Shown one piece after another: positions 18,973-28,693 of a stretch of DNA of 64,000 nucleotides (positions within the stretch are counted from its first letter, which is position 1; each line of letters begins with the position of its first letter). The DNA is from an uncultured bacterium (GTDB taxonomy: Bacteria; Krumholzibacteriota; Krumholzibacteriia; LZORAL124-64-63). A program made the position numbers and the translations under genes. The stretch is from NCBI GenBank assembly GCA_963727525.1, contig CAVSGO010000007.1, forward strand, positions 1,120,001 to 1,184,000, read 5' to 3'. The notes under the pieces were generated by a model. That model searched no databases. It was not told where the DNA came from and saw only the letters and a program-made list of their open reading frames with translations.

Positions 18973-20187
18973 TCAGTGCAGGCGGGCGCGGAGACGCGCC
19001 ACGCGCCGCGCGTCGCCGAGGCTCTCCGCGTGCGCGAGCGCCCGGGCAAGGTCGCCGAGGCGATGCTCGTAGAGGATCGCCGCCTCGCGCAGTAGGCGCC
19101 GCTCGTCGGGATAGCGCACGAGGGCCGCCTCGATCGCACGCGCGATGCGCACCCAGTCGCCGACGCGTTTGAGGATGCGGACCGCATCGAGATAGAAGCG
19201 TAGCGGTAATGCGAGGTCGGCGGGCGGCATCACGCCGATTCCGGCGTCGTCGCAAGCGCGGCCGATCCAGGCGCCGGCCGTGGCGGGCTCGTGGCGCCGC
19301 TCGCAGACCTTCCCACGCGCCCAGGCGTCCTGCCAGGTGCCAGACCAGAGTTCCTGCGGTCGCGGCACGGGCGCGAGGTGAGCGGCGGCGTCCATCACCT
19401 CGCGCAGGATGTGCCCCATGCCGCGCAGGTCGCGTCGGTTGTGCCGCAGCACGGTAGGCAACAGCCCGGGCGCGTCCTCCCGCAGGTACTGGAAATAGGC
19501 GTGCGGGATGAGAGCGCCGTCGATGTCGCCCGCGGCGCGCGCCAATCCGCACAGGGCGGTCTCGGCGGTCTGTTGCCGGCAGTCCGGCAGCCGTGGGCCC
19601 CAGAATCGGCGCACGGCCGTGAGCAGATCCCAGCTCACGAGGTCGGCGAGCCCGTCGCCCCGACGTGCGAGGAGGGCGCGCGTGCGCAGGAGCGGCAGGT
19701 CGAAGCTCCCGCCGTTGTAGGTGACCACCACACGGAAACGTGCGGCGGCCGCATGCAGCACGTGCAGCAGCGGCGCCTCGCAACCAGGTCCCGGCAGGAA
19801 GAGCTGTTCGATGGCAAAGGCGCCGTCGTCCCGCCACCAGGCGAGTCCAACGAGAAACGCGAGGCTGCCGGTGCCGCCCGCCAGACCCGTGGTCTCTGTG
19901 TCGAGGAACAGCATCTCCTGCGGGCGCAGGTCGGCGGGCCGCCCCGCCGGGAAGACGCCCCCGATGTCGGGAAGCGGCAGGGACGGTACCGCCGGCGCCG
20001 TACCCACCTGCGTCCTGACCCAGGCATTGCCATCGGGCGTCGCGCACACCGTCAGTCCGAGTTCGTCCCGCGGGTTCGCGCGGTCGCCGGCCGGCTCCGC
20101 AACGGACGGCGCCGTGGCCGCGTCGGGCTCGGACGCGGGCTTGCGGGTGAGCTGGTCCAGGCGAGCGAGGCGTGCCTTGAGATCCAC
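18973..20187 (-). CDS. mrfB: YprB/MrfB-like RNase H-fold (DEDD) exonuclease with C-terminal TPR-like region
   Basis: LFLDTETTGLAGG, VTYNGGSFDLP, HNRRDL motifs; EHRLGD in the TPR-like tail; adjacent to a DUF1998 helicase. Confidence 0.8.
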   Translation of the reverse strand: MDLKARLARLDQLTRKPASEPDAATAPSVAEPAGDRANPRDELGLTVCATPDGNAWVRTQVGTAPAVPSLPLPDIGGVFPAGRPADLRPQEMLFLDTETTGLAGGTGSLAFLVGLAWWRDDGAFAIEQLFLPGPGCEAPLLHVLHAAAARFRVVVTYNGGSFDLPLLRTRALLARRGDGLADLVSWDLLTAVRRFWGPRLPDCRQQTAETALCGLARAAGDIDGALIPHAYFQYLREDAPGLLPTVLRHNRRDLRGMGHILREVMDAAAHLAPVPRPQELWSGTWQDAWARGKVCERRHEPATAGAWIGRACDDAGIGVMPPADLALPLRFYLDAVRILKRVGDWVRIARAIEAALVRYPDERRLLREAAILYEHRLGDLARALAHAESLGDARRVARLRARLH

Positions 20188-20199
20188 GCTACTGCACTC

Positions 20200-22515
20200 C
20201 TAGTTCGGCGAGAACGGCTGCGGTGCCGGCATTTCCGCCGACTCCTGGCCCGCCGCGTGCGTGAGCAGCCACGTGGCGCCACGCTTGGCGCCGTCGCCCG
20301 ACTCCACCACGGCGCCCACGCACGACGGGCAGCCGAGTGCGCACGGGCAGCGCTGCACGTGCTGGAGAGCGGCGGCGCGGATCTCGTCGAACTGGAGCCA
20401 GATGCGCCGCGCGAAGCCCACGCCGCCGGGCACCGCATCATAGAGATACAGCGTCGGCCGGTCCGTGAACGGCGAGCGCACCATGGCCTGCGCGTGCAGA
20501 TCCTTCACGTCGGCCATCACGAAGACGGGCGCCACCATGCCGAGCAGGTGCGCGAGCCCCTTGAGGGCATCGCCGAGGTCGAGCCCGTCGCGCGCCATCG
20601 CGCCACTCAGGTCAGCCGGCAGTTCCCACCAGAAGCTCGTGGTGTGCATCTCCATCTCGGGCAAGTTCACGCGACCTGCCCCCACGTTCTCGTGCGTGCC
20701 GAGCTTGATCTTCTTGTAGACCGTGACCTTGTCGATGAGCCCGATCTCGCCGAGCACCAGGTCCCCGACGTGGGTGTCCGGACGCGACTCCTCGGCGGTG
20801 AGCGTCTTTAGCTCGACCTTTCGCTGGGCATCCGTGTAGTAGTCCACCGACACCGGCCGCACGTACGCCTTGCGCCGCTGCCAGTCGAGTTGGTCGACGT
20901 GGTACTGCTGGGCTCCGTGCATGTACACGGCCTCGTCGTGCAGCATCTCCTGCGCACTGAATAGGTCCATCTCACCGATGATGCGGCCGTCGGCCACCGA
21001 CGTGTCGACGATCACGACATTGTCCGGCGCGGCCGCGCGCAGGCTCACTTCCTCGGCGGGATACGTATCGGCCATCCAGTGGTACCGCCCCTGGGCGGCG
21101 TGGAGCACGCGCTGGTCGGCGAGGTACTCGAGCACCTCCGTCACGCGGCGGCCGCCGTACGCCTCGTCGGCCTGGAAAGGCAGCTCGAACGCCGCGCATT
21201 TCACATGGCTCATCAGGATGACGAGGTTGTCGGGATCGAGAGTGGCGTGCTCGGGCGAGCGCCCGAAGAACCACTGCGGATTGCCGACGATGTACTGGTC
21301 GGCCGGACTCGACGTGGCCACCATGACGACGGCGCTCAGGGCGTGACGTCGGCCCGCGCGTCCGGCCTGCTGCCAGGTGGATGCCACGGTGCCTGCATAG
21401 CCGCACATCACGCACACGTCGAGGCGTCCGATATCGATACCCAGCTCCAGCGCGTTGGTCGAGACCACGGCCTTAATCGAACCATCGCGCAGTCCGCGCT
21501 CGATGGCGCGCCTCTCGGTGGGCAGGTAGCCACCGCGATAGCCGCGCACCTCGCCGCTACGGATGCCGACCCGACGCCCCGCACGCTGCAGATACGTGAG
21601 CAGCAGCTCCACGCGCGCCCGGCTGCGCGCGAAGACGATGGTCTGCGCGCCGGCGCTGAGGAACCGCTCGGCGATCGCGCGGGTCTCCTTCACGGCCGAG
21701 CGCCGGATGCCGAGCTCCGCATTGACCACGGGCGGGTTGTAAAAGATGAAGTGCTTCTCACCCTGCGGCGCGCCGTTGTCGTCGACGACGTCCATTTCGT
21801 GCGCCGTGAGCGCGGTCGCCAGCTCGCCCGGGTTGGCGATGGTGGCCGAGCAACAGATGAATTGCGGCTTCGCGCCATAGAACGACGCGATACGTACGAG
21901 CCGACGTAGCACATTGGCGACGTGGCTGCCGAAGACGCCGCGGTAGTGGTGCACCTCGTCCACAACGACGTAGCGCAGGTTCTCGAAGAGCTTCACCCAC
22001 AGCGTGTGATGCGGCAGGATGCCCTGGTGCAGCATGTCGGGATTGGTGACGACGATGTGGCCGCTGCTGCGGATGGCCCGCCGCGCCGTCTCCGGAGTGT
22101 CGCCATCGAAGGTGTGTACCTTGATGTCGACGCCGAGGGCGTCGACCAGCGCATGGGCCTCGTGCATCTGATCCTGGCTCAGAGCCTTTGTCGGGAACAG
22201 GTAGAGCGCACGCGCTTGCGGATCGCGCAGGATCGTATCGAAGACGGGCAGATTGTAGCAGATTGTCTTGCCCGAGGCCGTCGGAGTGGGCACGACCACC
22301 GAGCGCCCGGCCAGCGCGCGCTGCACCGCCTGGGCCTGGTGCGTGTAGAGCTGCTCCACGCCGCGCGCACGCAGCACGTCCACGAGACGCGGATCGAGCG
22401 CCGCCGGGAACGGCGCGTGGCGCGCCGGACGCGCCGGTAGCACCTCCCAGCGCGTCACATGGCGCGTGAAATCGGGATCACGGCTCAGGTGGTCCAGGAG
22501 CTGGGCAAGCGTCAT
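20200..22515 (-). CDS. mrfA: DEAH-box SF2 helicase with DUF1998 (MrfA/YprA/Hrq1 family)
   Basis: PTASGKT, DEVHHY, SAT, TNALELGIDIG, QQAGRAGRR, YDAVPGGVG and C-terminal CPC..GCPSC. Confidence 0.9.
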   Translation of the reverse strand: MTLAQLLDHLSRDPDFTRHVTRWEVLPARPARHAPFPAALDPRLVDVLRARGVEQLYTHQAQAVQRALAGRSVVVPTPTASGKTICYNLPVFDTILRDPQARALYLFPTKALSQDQMHEAHALVDALGVDIKVHTFDGDTPETARRAIRSSGHIVVTNPDMLHQGILPHHTLWVKLFENLRYVVVDEVHHYRGVFGSHVANVLRRLVRIASFYGAKPQFICCSATIANPGELATALTAHEMDVVDDNGAPQGEKHFIFYNPPVVNAELGIRRSAVKETRAIAERFLSAGAQTIVFARSRARVELLLTYLQRAGRRVGIRSGEVRGYRGGYLPTERRAIERGLRDGSIKAVVSTNALELGIDIGRLDVCVMCGYAGTVASTWQQAGRAGRRHALSAVVMVATSSPADQYIVGNPQWFFGRSPEHATLDPDNLVILMSHVKCAAFELPFQADEAYGGRRVTEVLEYLADQRVLHAAQGRYHWMADTYPAEEVSLRAAAPDNVVIVDTSVADGRIIGEMDLFSAQEMLHDEAVYMHGAQQYHVDQLDWQRRKAYVRPVSVDYYTDAQRKVELKTLTAEESRPDTHVGDLVLGEIGLIDKVTVYKKIKLGTHENVGAGRVNLPEMEMHTTSFWWELPADLSGAMARDGLDLGDALKGLAHLLGMVAPVFVMADVKDLHAQAMVRSPFTDRPTLYLYDAVPGGVGFARRIWLQFDEIRAAALQHVQRCPCALGCPSCVGAVVESGDGAKRGATWLLTHAAGQESAEMPAPQPFSPN

Positions 22516-22583
22516 CACGGCCTCTCCATCCGCAGGCAAGGAATCGATCACGGACCGGGCGGCGGGAGGAGCCGGGACCAGGC

Positions 22584-22829
22584 TCAGGAGTGGGGCTTCT
22601 TCCCCTCGTCGTCGTCGTCATCCGCGAGATTCCGGCGCGCCTCGTCCAGCTCCTTCTTCACCTCGTGCGAAGCGTCGCTGGTGGCAGTCTTGAACTTGCG
22701 GATGGACTTGCCCAGGGCGTCGGCGATCTCCGGTAGTCGGCGCGGGCCAAACACGACCAGGACCAGGACCAGGATGACCAGCAATTCCGGCCAGCCGATC
22801 GGTCCGATGAACGCCAGGATTGGGCTCAT
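22584..22829 (-). CDS. tatA: Sec-independent translocase subunit TatA/E
   Basis: [37 protein letters not shown]. Confidence 0.92.
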   Translation of the reverse strand: MSPILAFIGPIGWPELLVILVLVLVVFGPRRLPEIADALGKSIRKFKTATSDASHEVKKELDEARRNLADDDDDEGKKPHS

Positions 22830-22848
22830 GCCAGGTTTCTCCCGTGGT

Positions 22849-23112
22849 TCAGCGGTACCAGCGCAGCATCTGCGACGCAATGAACACGCCCACCACGCTC
22901 ATCAGGTTGAAGTGAATCTTGAAGCCGAAGGTGATGTCGAGGATCACGAGATTCCAGTGGTTCACCTCGGGGCCGAACGACACGTAACGCACGAACACCT
23001 GTTCCGCCACGCTGCCTTCCTTGAGGAAGAGCCCGATGACCTCGCTGAACGCCGCACCGATGAGCACGCCGAGCAACAACACCACCACGACCCGTCCCAG
23101 GGCTTGCCGCAT
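22849..23112 (-). CDS. Small membrane protein (DUF4321-like)
   Basis: Two hydrophobic segments; [22 protein letters not shown] motif. Confidence 0.7.
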   Translation of the reverse strand: MRQALGRVVVVLLLGVLIGAAFSEVIGLFLKEGSVAEQVFVRYVSFGPEVNHWNLVILDITFGFKIHFNLMSVVGVFIASQMLRWYR

Positions 23113-23347
23113 GCGTCCCGTCTTCCCGCCTCATCGCACCAGAACTCGTAACCACGAACGATCGTTCGCAATATAGAGCCGATGGCGATGCGGTCCAACC
23201 CCAAATACGCGGGTGCCCCGGTCCGTTCCGCCAACTCCATGTTAGCATGTTCGCCATTTATTCGCAACGATCATCTCGCGAATACCGACATCGCTTCGGG
23301 ATTTCATAAGACTACGTACCACCTTTATTGTGAGGAAATTTTATGTA

Positions 23348-23376
23348 TTGCCACTCCTTCACTCATCCCCTATACT
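23348..23376 (+). promoter_or_regulatory. Putative sigma70 promoter
   Basis: TTGCCA-N17-TATACT in an AT-rich intergenic region upstream of 23435. Confidence 0.5.
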
Positions 23377-23434
23377 CAATTCGCTCGGTGGGAGTGAACC
23401 CAGGACATGTTCGGGGATTTGGAGGAGGACTTCG

Positions 23435-23938
23435 ATGAAGACGTTGTTGATGCTTCCGTTGATCTTGATGCTGGCATCGCTTGCCGTGGCCGATCCCGTG
23501 TTGAACGACACGTGCGACAGCGCGGCGTACCTCGCCAACATACACCACGATTTTTCGATCAATCTTTGCGACTACTCGAATGACTACACGATGCCCGACG
23601 GCAGCTGCGTGGACGGCAACGGTGCCGGTCCCGACGCTGTCTATCGCTGGACGTTCCCGGGCACCGAGGCCGCGCAGGTCACGGCCGAGACCGAGAGCGG
23701 CATGCCGGTGTCGATGTATCTGATCACCGACTGCGGCGATCCTGCCGGCTCGTGCGTGGCAGGAAGCACGTCCACGGCCGACACGCCGGCGCTCATCGAC
23801 TTCTCGGGCCTCCACGGGGCGCTCTACTTCCTCGTCATCGACACCGAGGGTGAATGCGACGTCGTCAACGTCGGACTCTCGGGCGCGGTGGCGACGGATA
23901 CGCCCAGCTGGAGTACGGTGAAGTCCCTGTACCGCTAG
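23435..23938 (+). CDS. Secreted Cys-containing protein with C-terminal SWxxVKxLYR motif
   Basis: GGAGGAG RBS; signal peptide; NDTCD...GPDAVY...YFLVID (PPC-like); ends ATDTPSWSTVKSLYR. Confidence 0.75.
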   Translation: MKTLLMLPLILMLASLAVADPVLNDTCDSAAYLANIHHDFSINLCDYSNDYTMPDGSCVDGNGAGPDAVYRWTFPGTEAAQVTAETESGMPVSMYLITDCGDPAGSCVAGSTSTADTPALIDFSGLHGALYFLVIDTEGECDVVNVGLSGAVATDTPSWSTVKSLYR

Positions 23939-23962
23939 TTTGCTCGATTTCGACGCAGGTTC

Positions 23963-23999
23963 AAGCGGCGACCGGTCCCTGACCGGTCGCCGTTTTCTT
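23963..23999 (+). terminator. Intrinsic terminator
   Basis: CGGCGACCGGTC-CCT-GACCGGTCGCCG followed by TTTTCTT. Confidence 0.8.
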
Positions 24000-24000
24000 G

Positions 24001-25227
24001 GGTTGTACCTGCGAAATTGTGCATGGCCCGGTGCTTGCCTGACCCGAGGCCATGTGCTCACCGACTTCGCCCTCAGCTCAACCCTGGTCCCCGCCTCACT
24101 GCCCCAACCCCAACTGCCACCACCACCACCACATGCACGGCCCCTGGCCCTTCCTCAGGCGCGGGTACTTCCGACGACTCAACCCGCCCCACCTCGTCCC
24201 CCGCTTCCAGTGCCGACACTGCGGCCGATCCTTCTCCAAACAGACCTTCTCCACCACCTACTGGCTCAAGAAGCCGCTTCTGCTGCCCCTGATCCTCGAT
24301 CTCTCCGTCAACGCCATGGCCAACCGCCAGGCGGCCCGGACGCTCAAATGTGCTCCCGCGACCGCCGATCTCCAGCTCGCCCGCCTCGGCCGCCACTGCC
24401 TGCTCTTTCAGCGACACATGCTCACCGGAGCGTCTCCTCCCGCTGACATCGCCATCGATGGCTTCGTCACCTTCGAGTACAGCCAGGACTACCCGTTCGA
24501 GTTCCTGGTCGCCGTCAACCGGGACAACAGCTTCATCGAGCACTTCACCGAGGCGCCGAAGCGGCGTAGCGGCCGGATGAGCGAGGCCCAGAAGATGCGT
24601 CGAGCGGCGCTCGAAGCCGCGTTCGGGACGCCTGACCCGAAAGCTGTCGAGCAAGGGATGCGCGAGGTGCTCGAGGTCACCCTGGCGGGGGCCACCGTGG
24701 CGACGGTGCATAGCGACGAGCATCAGGCCTATCCGCGGGCGATGCGGGGACTGGCCGTTGAAATCGACCACCAGACGATCAGTTCGCGGGCGAAGCGGGA
24801 TGCCCGCAATCCGCTGTTCGAGATCAATGCGCTGGATGCATTCATCCGGCACAGTCGGGCGGATCATCGGCGGGAGACGATCGCGTTCGCACGGCGCCGT
24901 CAGGCCGCGGCGGAGCGATTCGCGGTGTTCGTGGTGTGGAAGAACTTCGTGAAGAAGCGCTGGGAGAAGCGGTGCTGGTCGACGCCGGCGATGTTGCGGG
25001 GGCTGGTGGCGCGGCGGTTGACGGTGGCAGACATCCTGGAGACGCGGTTGTTTCCGGGGCGGATCGGGTTGCCTGAGAGGTGGCGGGAGTACTACTGGGG
25101 TCTGGTGGAGACGCCGGTGGTGGGGGTGAATCGGCGGCACGAGCTGAAGTACGCGTTCTAGAAGCGGATGCCGCGGTCGGTGAATTCCGGCCGCGGAACC
25201 AGTATGCACAATTTCGCGGGTACAACC
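24001..25227 (+). mobile_element. Insertion sequence, IS1-family-like (1227 bp)
   Basis: 24-bp terminal inverted repeats GGTTGTACC(T/C)GCGAAATTGTGCAT (23/24 match) at 24001-24024 and 25204-25227 enclosing a single transposase; no clear target-site duplication. Confidence 0.85.
24052..25161 (+). CDS. Transposase (IS1-like: Zn finger, HTH, DDE-like domain)
   Basis: CPNPNC...CRHC zinc finger; IAIDG and VHSDEH acidic motifs; TPAMLRGL C-terminus; lies inside the TIRs. Confidence 0.8.
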   Translation: MCSPTSPSAQPWSPPHCPNPNCHHHHHMHGPWPFLRRGYFRRLNPPHLVPRFQCRHCGRSFSKQTFSTTYWLKKPLLLPLILDLSVNAMANRQAARTLKCAPATADLQLARLGRHCLLFQRHMLTGASPPADIAIDGFVTFEYSQDYPFEFLVAVNRDNSFIEHFTEAPKRRSGRMSEAQKMRRAALEAAFGTPDPKAVEQGMREVLEVTLAGATVATVHSDEHQAYPRAMRGLAVEIDHQTISSRAKRDARNPLFEINALDAFIRHSRADHRRETIAFARRRQAAAERFAVFVVWKNFVKKRWEKRCWSTPAMLRGLVARRLTVADILETRLFPGRIGLPERWREYYWGLVETPVVGVNRRHELKYAF

Positions 25228-25236
25228 GAAAAATTA

Positions 25237-25264
25237 TTGCTTCAGCAATGATTGCTGATATACT
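25237..25264 (+). promoter_or_regulatory. Promoter of the marR-abl operon with palindromic operator
   Basis: TTGCTT-N16-TATACT; perfect 8-1-8 palindrome TCAGCAAT-G-ATTGCTGA (25242-25258) fills the spacer. Confidence 0.65.
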
Positions 25265-25318
25265 TTTATATCTGCCAACGTTTCAGACCAGATCGGACCC
25301 GAGGAGAGCCCCGGAATC

Positions 25319-25882
25319 ATGCCGAGCATTTTCCCCGATCCCTCGCCGCAGGGACCAGACACGGCGGCGGCGGTCGATGCCAGCGTCGATCGCCGCGTCC
25401 TGACGGCGCTGCGTCAGATCATCCGCGCCGTCGACCTCTACTCGCGGCGCCTCGTGGAACAGTTCCGGGTGACGGGACCGCAGCTCGTCTGCCTGAATCA
25501 GCTCGCGGAGGCCGAGGTCCTGACGGTGACGGAGCTGGCCCGTCGCGTGCAACTCAGCCCGAGTACCGTGGTCCGCATCCTCGATCGGCTCGAGGCCCGC
25601 GCGTTCGTGACCCGGACGCGTTCGGTCAGCGATCGCCGTGTGGTCGCCGTGGCCATCACGCCAGTGGGCCGACAGCTCTCCCAGGTGACGCCCTACGCGG
25701 GCCAGCATCCCCTGCGGCAGGCGCTGCAGACTCTGGATCCCGCCGATCGCGCCCGTATCGCCGACGACCTTGAGCACCTGGTCACGGCGATGGATGCGCC
25801 GTCCGTCGAGGCGGTCGAGGAGAGCCTCGGACTGCCGCCTCTCGTCACGGGCACGACTCCCAACTCGACCGCCGACCACTAG
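25319..25882 (+). CDS. MarR-family transcriptional regulator
   Basis: ALRQIIRAVDLYSRRL, VTGPQLVCL, LSPSTVVRILDRLE and DRRVV motifs. Confidence 0.9.
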   Translation: MPSIFPDPSPQGPDTAAAVDASVDRRVLTALRQIIRAVDLYSRRLVEQFRVTGPQLVCLNQLAEAEVLTVTELARRVQLSPSTVVRILDRLEARAFVTRTRSVSDRRVVAVAITPVGRQLSQVTPYAGQHPLRQALQTLDPADRARIADDLEHLVTAMDAPSVEAVEESLGLPPLVTGTTPNSTADH

Positions 25883-25933
25883 GCACCTCAGCTCGCTCTG
25901 CGCGGAATCGCGCGATAGTACGAAGGAGATCGC

Positions 25934-27247
25934 ATGAGTACGCTCTCGGCGCGCCAGCAAGAGCTCGTCAGCCTCATAGGGGACGGGGCCGCCGCCCCCC
26001 AGTGGCGCGATTGGCGCTGGCAGTTGCGGCACAGCATCCGTGACATCGATACGTTCGAACACCTGCTCGGAATCACGTTTCCGCCTCGTGCTCATCGTGA
26101 TCTCACACTCACGCTCGCGCGGTTCCCCCTGGCGGTGACGCCCTACTATCTATCCCTGATCGATACCGACGACTACGCCAATGATCCGGTGTACAAGCAA
26201 GCGTTTCCCCAGTCGGCCGAGCTGGTCATCAACGAGCACGACATGATCGACCCGCTGGCGGAGGACGAGGACAGCCCTGTTCCTTGCATCACCCATCGCT
26301 ATCCCGATCGGGTGCTCTTCCTCGTGAGCGGCGTATGCGCGATGTACTGCCGCCATTGCACGCGCAAGCGCAAGGTGGGCGATGCGGACACGAACCCCGA
26401 CCGCGCAACGCTGCAACGCGCCATCGACTACATCCGCCGCACGCCGCAGATCCGGGACGTCCTCATCTCGGGCGGCGATCCGTTCCTGCTCTCCGACGAA
26501 CGGCTCGACTGGATCCTCGGCGAGCTGCGCACCATCGCCCATGTCGAGGTCGTGCGCATCGGCACGCGTACGCCGGTCGTGTTGCCGTACCGCATCACCG
26601 ACGATCTGGTGGCGATGCTGCGCCGCCATCATCCCATCTGGATCAACACGCACTTCAATCACCCGCGCGAGATCACCCGTAGCGCAAAGGAAGCACTGGC
26701 GCGCCTGGCCGACGCAGGCATCCCGCTCGGCAACCAGTCGGTGCTGCTAGCCGGCGTGAACGATTGCCCGCGCATCATGAAGGCCCTCGTCCACAAGCTC
26801 GTCATGAATCGTGTGCGCCCATATTACCTGTACCAGTGCGATCTTTCGGAGGGGCTGAGCCACTTCCGCACGCCGGTGGGCAAGGGCATCGAGATCATGG
26901 AGAGCCTCATCGGACATACGAGCGGCTTCGCCGTGCCGACCTACGTCATCGACGCGCCCGGCGGCGGTGGCAAGATCCGGGTTAGCCCCAACTACCTCAT
27001 CTCCTGGTCCACCAACAAGGTCGTGCTGCGCAACTACGAGGGCGTCATCACCACCTACACCGAACCGGATTCCTACAAGTTGAACTTCTGCGACCGCCAC
27101 TGCGAGACGTGCGACCTGCAGCTCCCGCTCGCGGACGCCGACGAGGCCAACGCCCAGGGCATTGCCCAGCTCCTCAGCGATGCAGACGACACCATCGCCC
27201 TGACACCGGCCACGAACGAACGCCACCAGCGGCGCGACGGCGCATGA
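25934..27247 (+). CDS. ablA: Lysine 2,3-aminomutase (KamA/AblA, radical SAM/PLP)
   Basis: [33 protein letters not shown] (PLP lysine) and C-terminal CDRHCETC. Confidence 0.93.
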   Translation: MSTLSARQQELVSLIGDGAAAPQWRDWRWQLRHSIRDIDTFEHLLGITFPPRAHRDLTLTLARFPLAVTPYYLSLIDTDDYANDPVYKQAFPQSAELVINEHDMIDPLAEDEDSPVPCITHRYPDRVLFLVSGVCAMYCRHCTRKRKVGDADTNPDRATLQRAIDYIRRTPQIRDVLISGGDPFLLSDERLDWILGELRTIAHVEVVRIGTRTPVVLPYRITDDLVAMLRRHHPIWINTHFNHPREITRSAKEALARLADAGIPLGNQSVLLAGVNDCPRIMKALVHKLVMNRVRPYYLYQCDLSEGLSHFRTPVGKGIEIMESLIGHTSGFAVPTYVIDAPGGGGKIRVSPNYLISWSTNKVVLRNYEGVITTYTEPDSYKLNFCDRHCETCDLQLPLADADEANAQGIAQLLSDADDTIALTPATNERHQRRDGA

Positions 27248-28692
27248 ACCTGATCGACGACCTCATCTTCGGCGTCTACATGGCGGCCGTGCTGGGCATG
27301 GGCGTGTACCACCATCTGCGCAACGAGAGCCACGAGGACTATTACGTGGGCGGGCGCAGCCTGGGCGCAGGCCACATCGGGATGTCCATCGTCGCCACCG
27401 ATGTGGGCGGCGGCTTCTCGATCGGTCTCGGCGGCCTGGGCTTCACCATGGGCCTGTCTGGGAGCTGGTTACTCTTCACCGGTCTGGTGGGCGCCTGGCT
27501 CAGCGCGGTTCTGGTGCTGCCACGGATCAAGGGCCTCGACCGCAAGTACGGATTTCTCACCTATCCCGATTTCCTGCGCCATCGCTACGGCGGGCCCGTG
27601 GCGTTGCTCGCGGCCCTCGTCTCCGGTCTCGGCTATCTCGGCTTCACCGCCGGCCAGATCCTCGCGGGCGCCAAGCTGGCGTCAGCCACGATCATCACGT
27701 CGGCGCCATGGGGCATCCCCCCGCTGCAATTCGCGTTGCTGATCATCGCCGTCGTCACCGTCTCGTACACCGTGCTGGGTGGGCTGAAAGCCGTCATCTA
27801 CACCGACACCGTGCAATGGATCGTCCTGCTGGGCGGATTGCTCGTCGTCGTCGTGCCCGTCGTGCTGACGAACGAGCTGGGCGGTCTGGCCGAGCTGCGG
27901 CGCACGCTGCCGCCGGAGTTCTTCTCCTTGCGCAATGTGTCGGCGATCCAGCTCGTGAACTGGGCCGTGACGATCATCCCGATCTGGCTCGTGGGCATGA
28001 CGCTTTACCAGCGCATCTACGCCACCCGCGACCTCACGCAGGCGAAGCGCGCGTGGTACACGGCCGGGCTCCTCGAGTACCCCGTGATGGCCTTCCTCGG
28101 CGTGTTTCTCGGCATGTGCGCGCGGGTGCTCTACCCGGAGGTTGAGCCGGAGATGGGCCTGCCCATGCTCATCAGCCACGCCCTGCCGGTGGGCGTGACG
28201 GGGCTGCTGGCGGCCGCGTATTTCTCGGCGGTCATGTCCACGGCGGACAGTTGCCTGATGGCCGCCTCGGGCAACCTGGTCGGCGACGTGCTGGCTCGCC
28301 GTTTCCGGACCTGGGACGAGCGCATGTTGCTGCGCATGAGCCAGGCGGCCACGTTCGCGGTCGGCCTCGGGGCCCTGCTCCTCGCCTCCCGCTTCACGAA
28401 GGTTCTCGATGCGATCCTCTTCGCCTATGCCTTCATGGTTTCAGGACTCTTCTTCCCCACGCTGGGCGCCTTCTTCTGGCGAAGGAGCAGTCCGGCCGGC
28501 GCACTGGGCGGGATCCTGGCGGGTGGCGGCGTGACGCTGGCCCTGGAGTTCCACTTGCTTTCGCTGCCGGGTTGGGCGCGATTCGGCGGGCTCGCGCCCG
28601 TCGCCTACGGTCTCGCGACCAGTGGCGTGGTCTTCGTGGCTCTCTCCCTGATGATGCCGGCGCGCGCGTCGGCCGAACTCGAGGTGGTCTGA
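27244..28692 (+). CDS. Sodium:solute symporter (SSS family)
   Basis: [34 protein letters not shown] motifs; many TM segments; ATGA overlap with ablA. Confidence 0.9.
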   Translation: MNLIDDLIFGVYMAAVLGMGVYHHLRNESHEDYYVGGRSLGAGHIGMSIVATDVGGGFSIGLGGLGFTMGLSGSWLLFTGLVGAWLSAVLVLPRIKGLDRKYGFLTYPDFLRHRYGGPVALLAALVSGLGYLGFTAGQILAGAKLASATIITSAPWGIPPLQFALLIIAVVTVSYTVLGGLKAVIYTDTVQWIVLLGGLLVVVVPVVLTNELGGLAELRRTLPPEFFSLRNVSAIQLVNWAVTIIPIWLVGMTLYQRIYATRDLTQAKRAWYTAGLLEYPVMAFLGVFLGMCARVLYPEVEPEMGLPMLISHALPVGVTGLLAAAYFSAVMSTADSCLMAASGNLVGDVLARRFRTWDERMLLRMSQAATFAVGLGALLLASRFTKVLDAILFAYAFMVSGLFFPTLGAFFWRRSSPAGALGGILAGGGVTLALEFHLLSLPGWARFGGLAPVAYGLATSGVVFVALSLMMPARASAELEVV

Positions 28693-28693
28693 C

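Noticed and set aside
18464-20047. 527-aa ORF overlapping mrfB
   Set aside because: Only the last 144 aa (GTG at 18898 with RBS) look like real protein; the rest is an alternative frame of mrfB.
20200-22515. DISARM/Druantia-type defence helicase
   Set aside because: No DrmA, methylase, PLD or Druantia partner genes nearby; pairing with a YprB-like exonuclease fits MrfAB repair.
23990-25240. Target-site duplication for the IS
   Set aside because: The flanks CGTTTTCTTG and GAAAAATTAT share no direct repeat.
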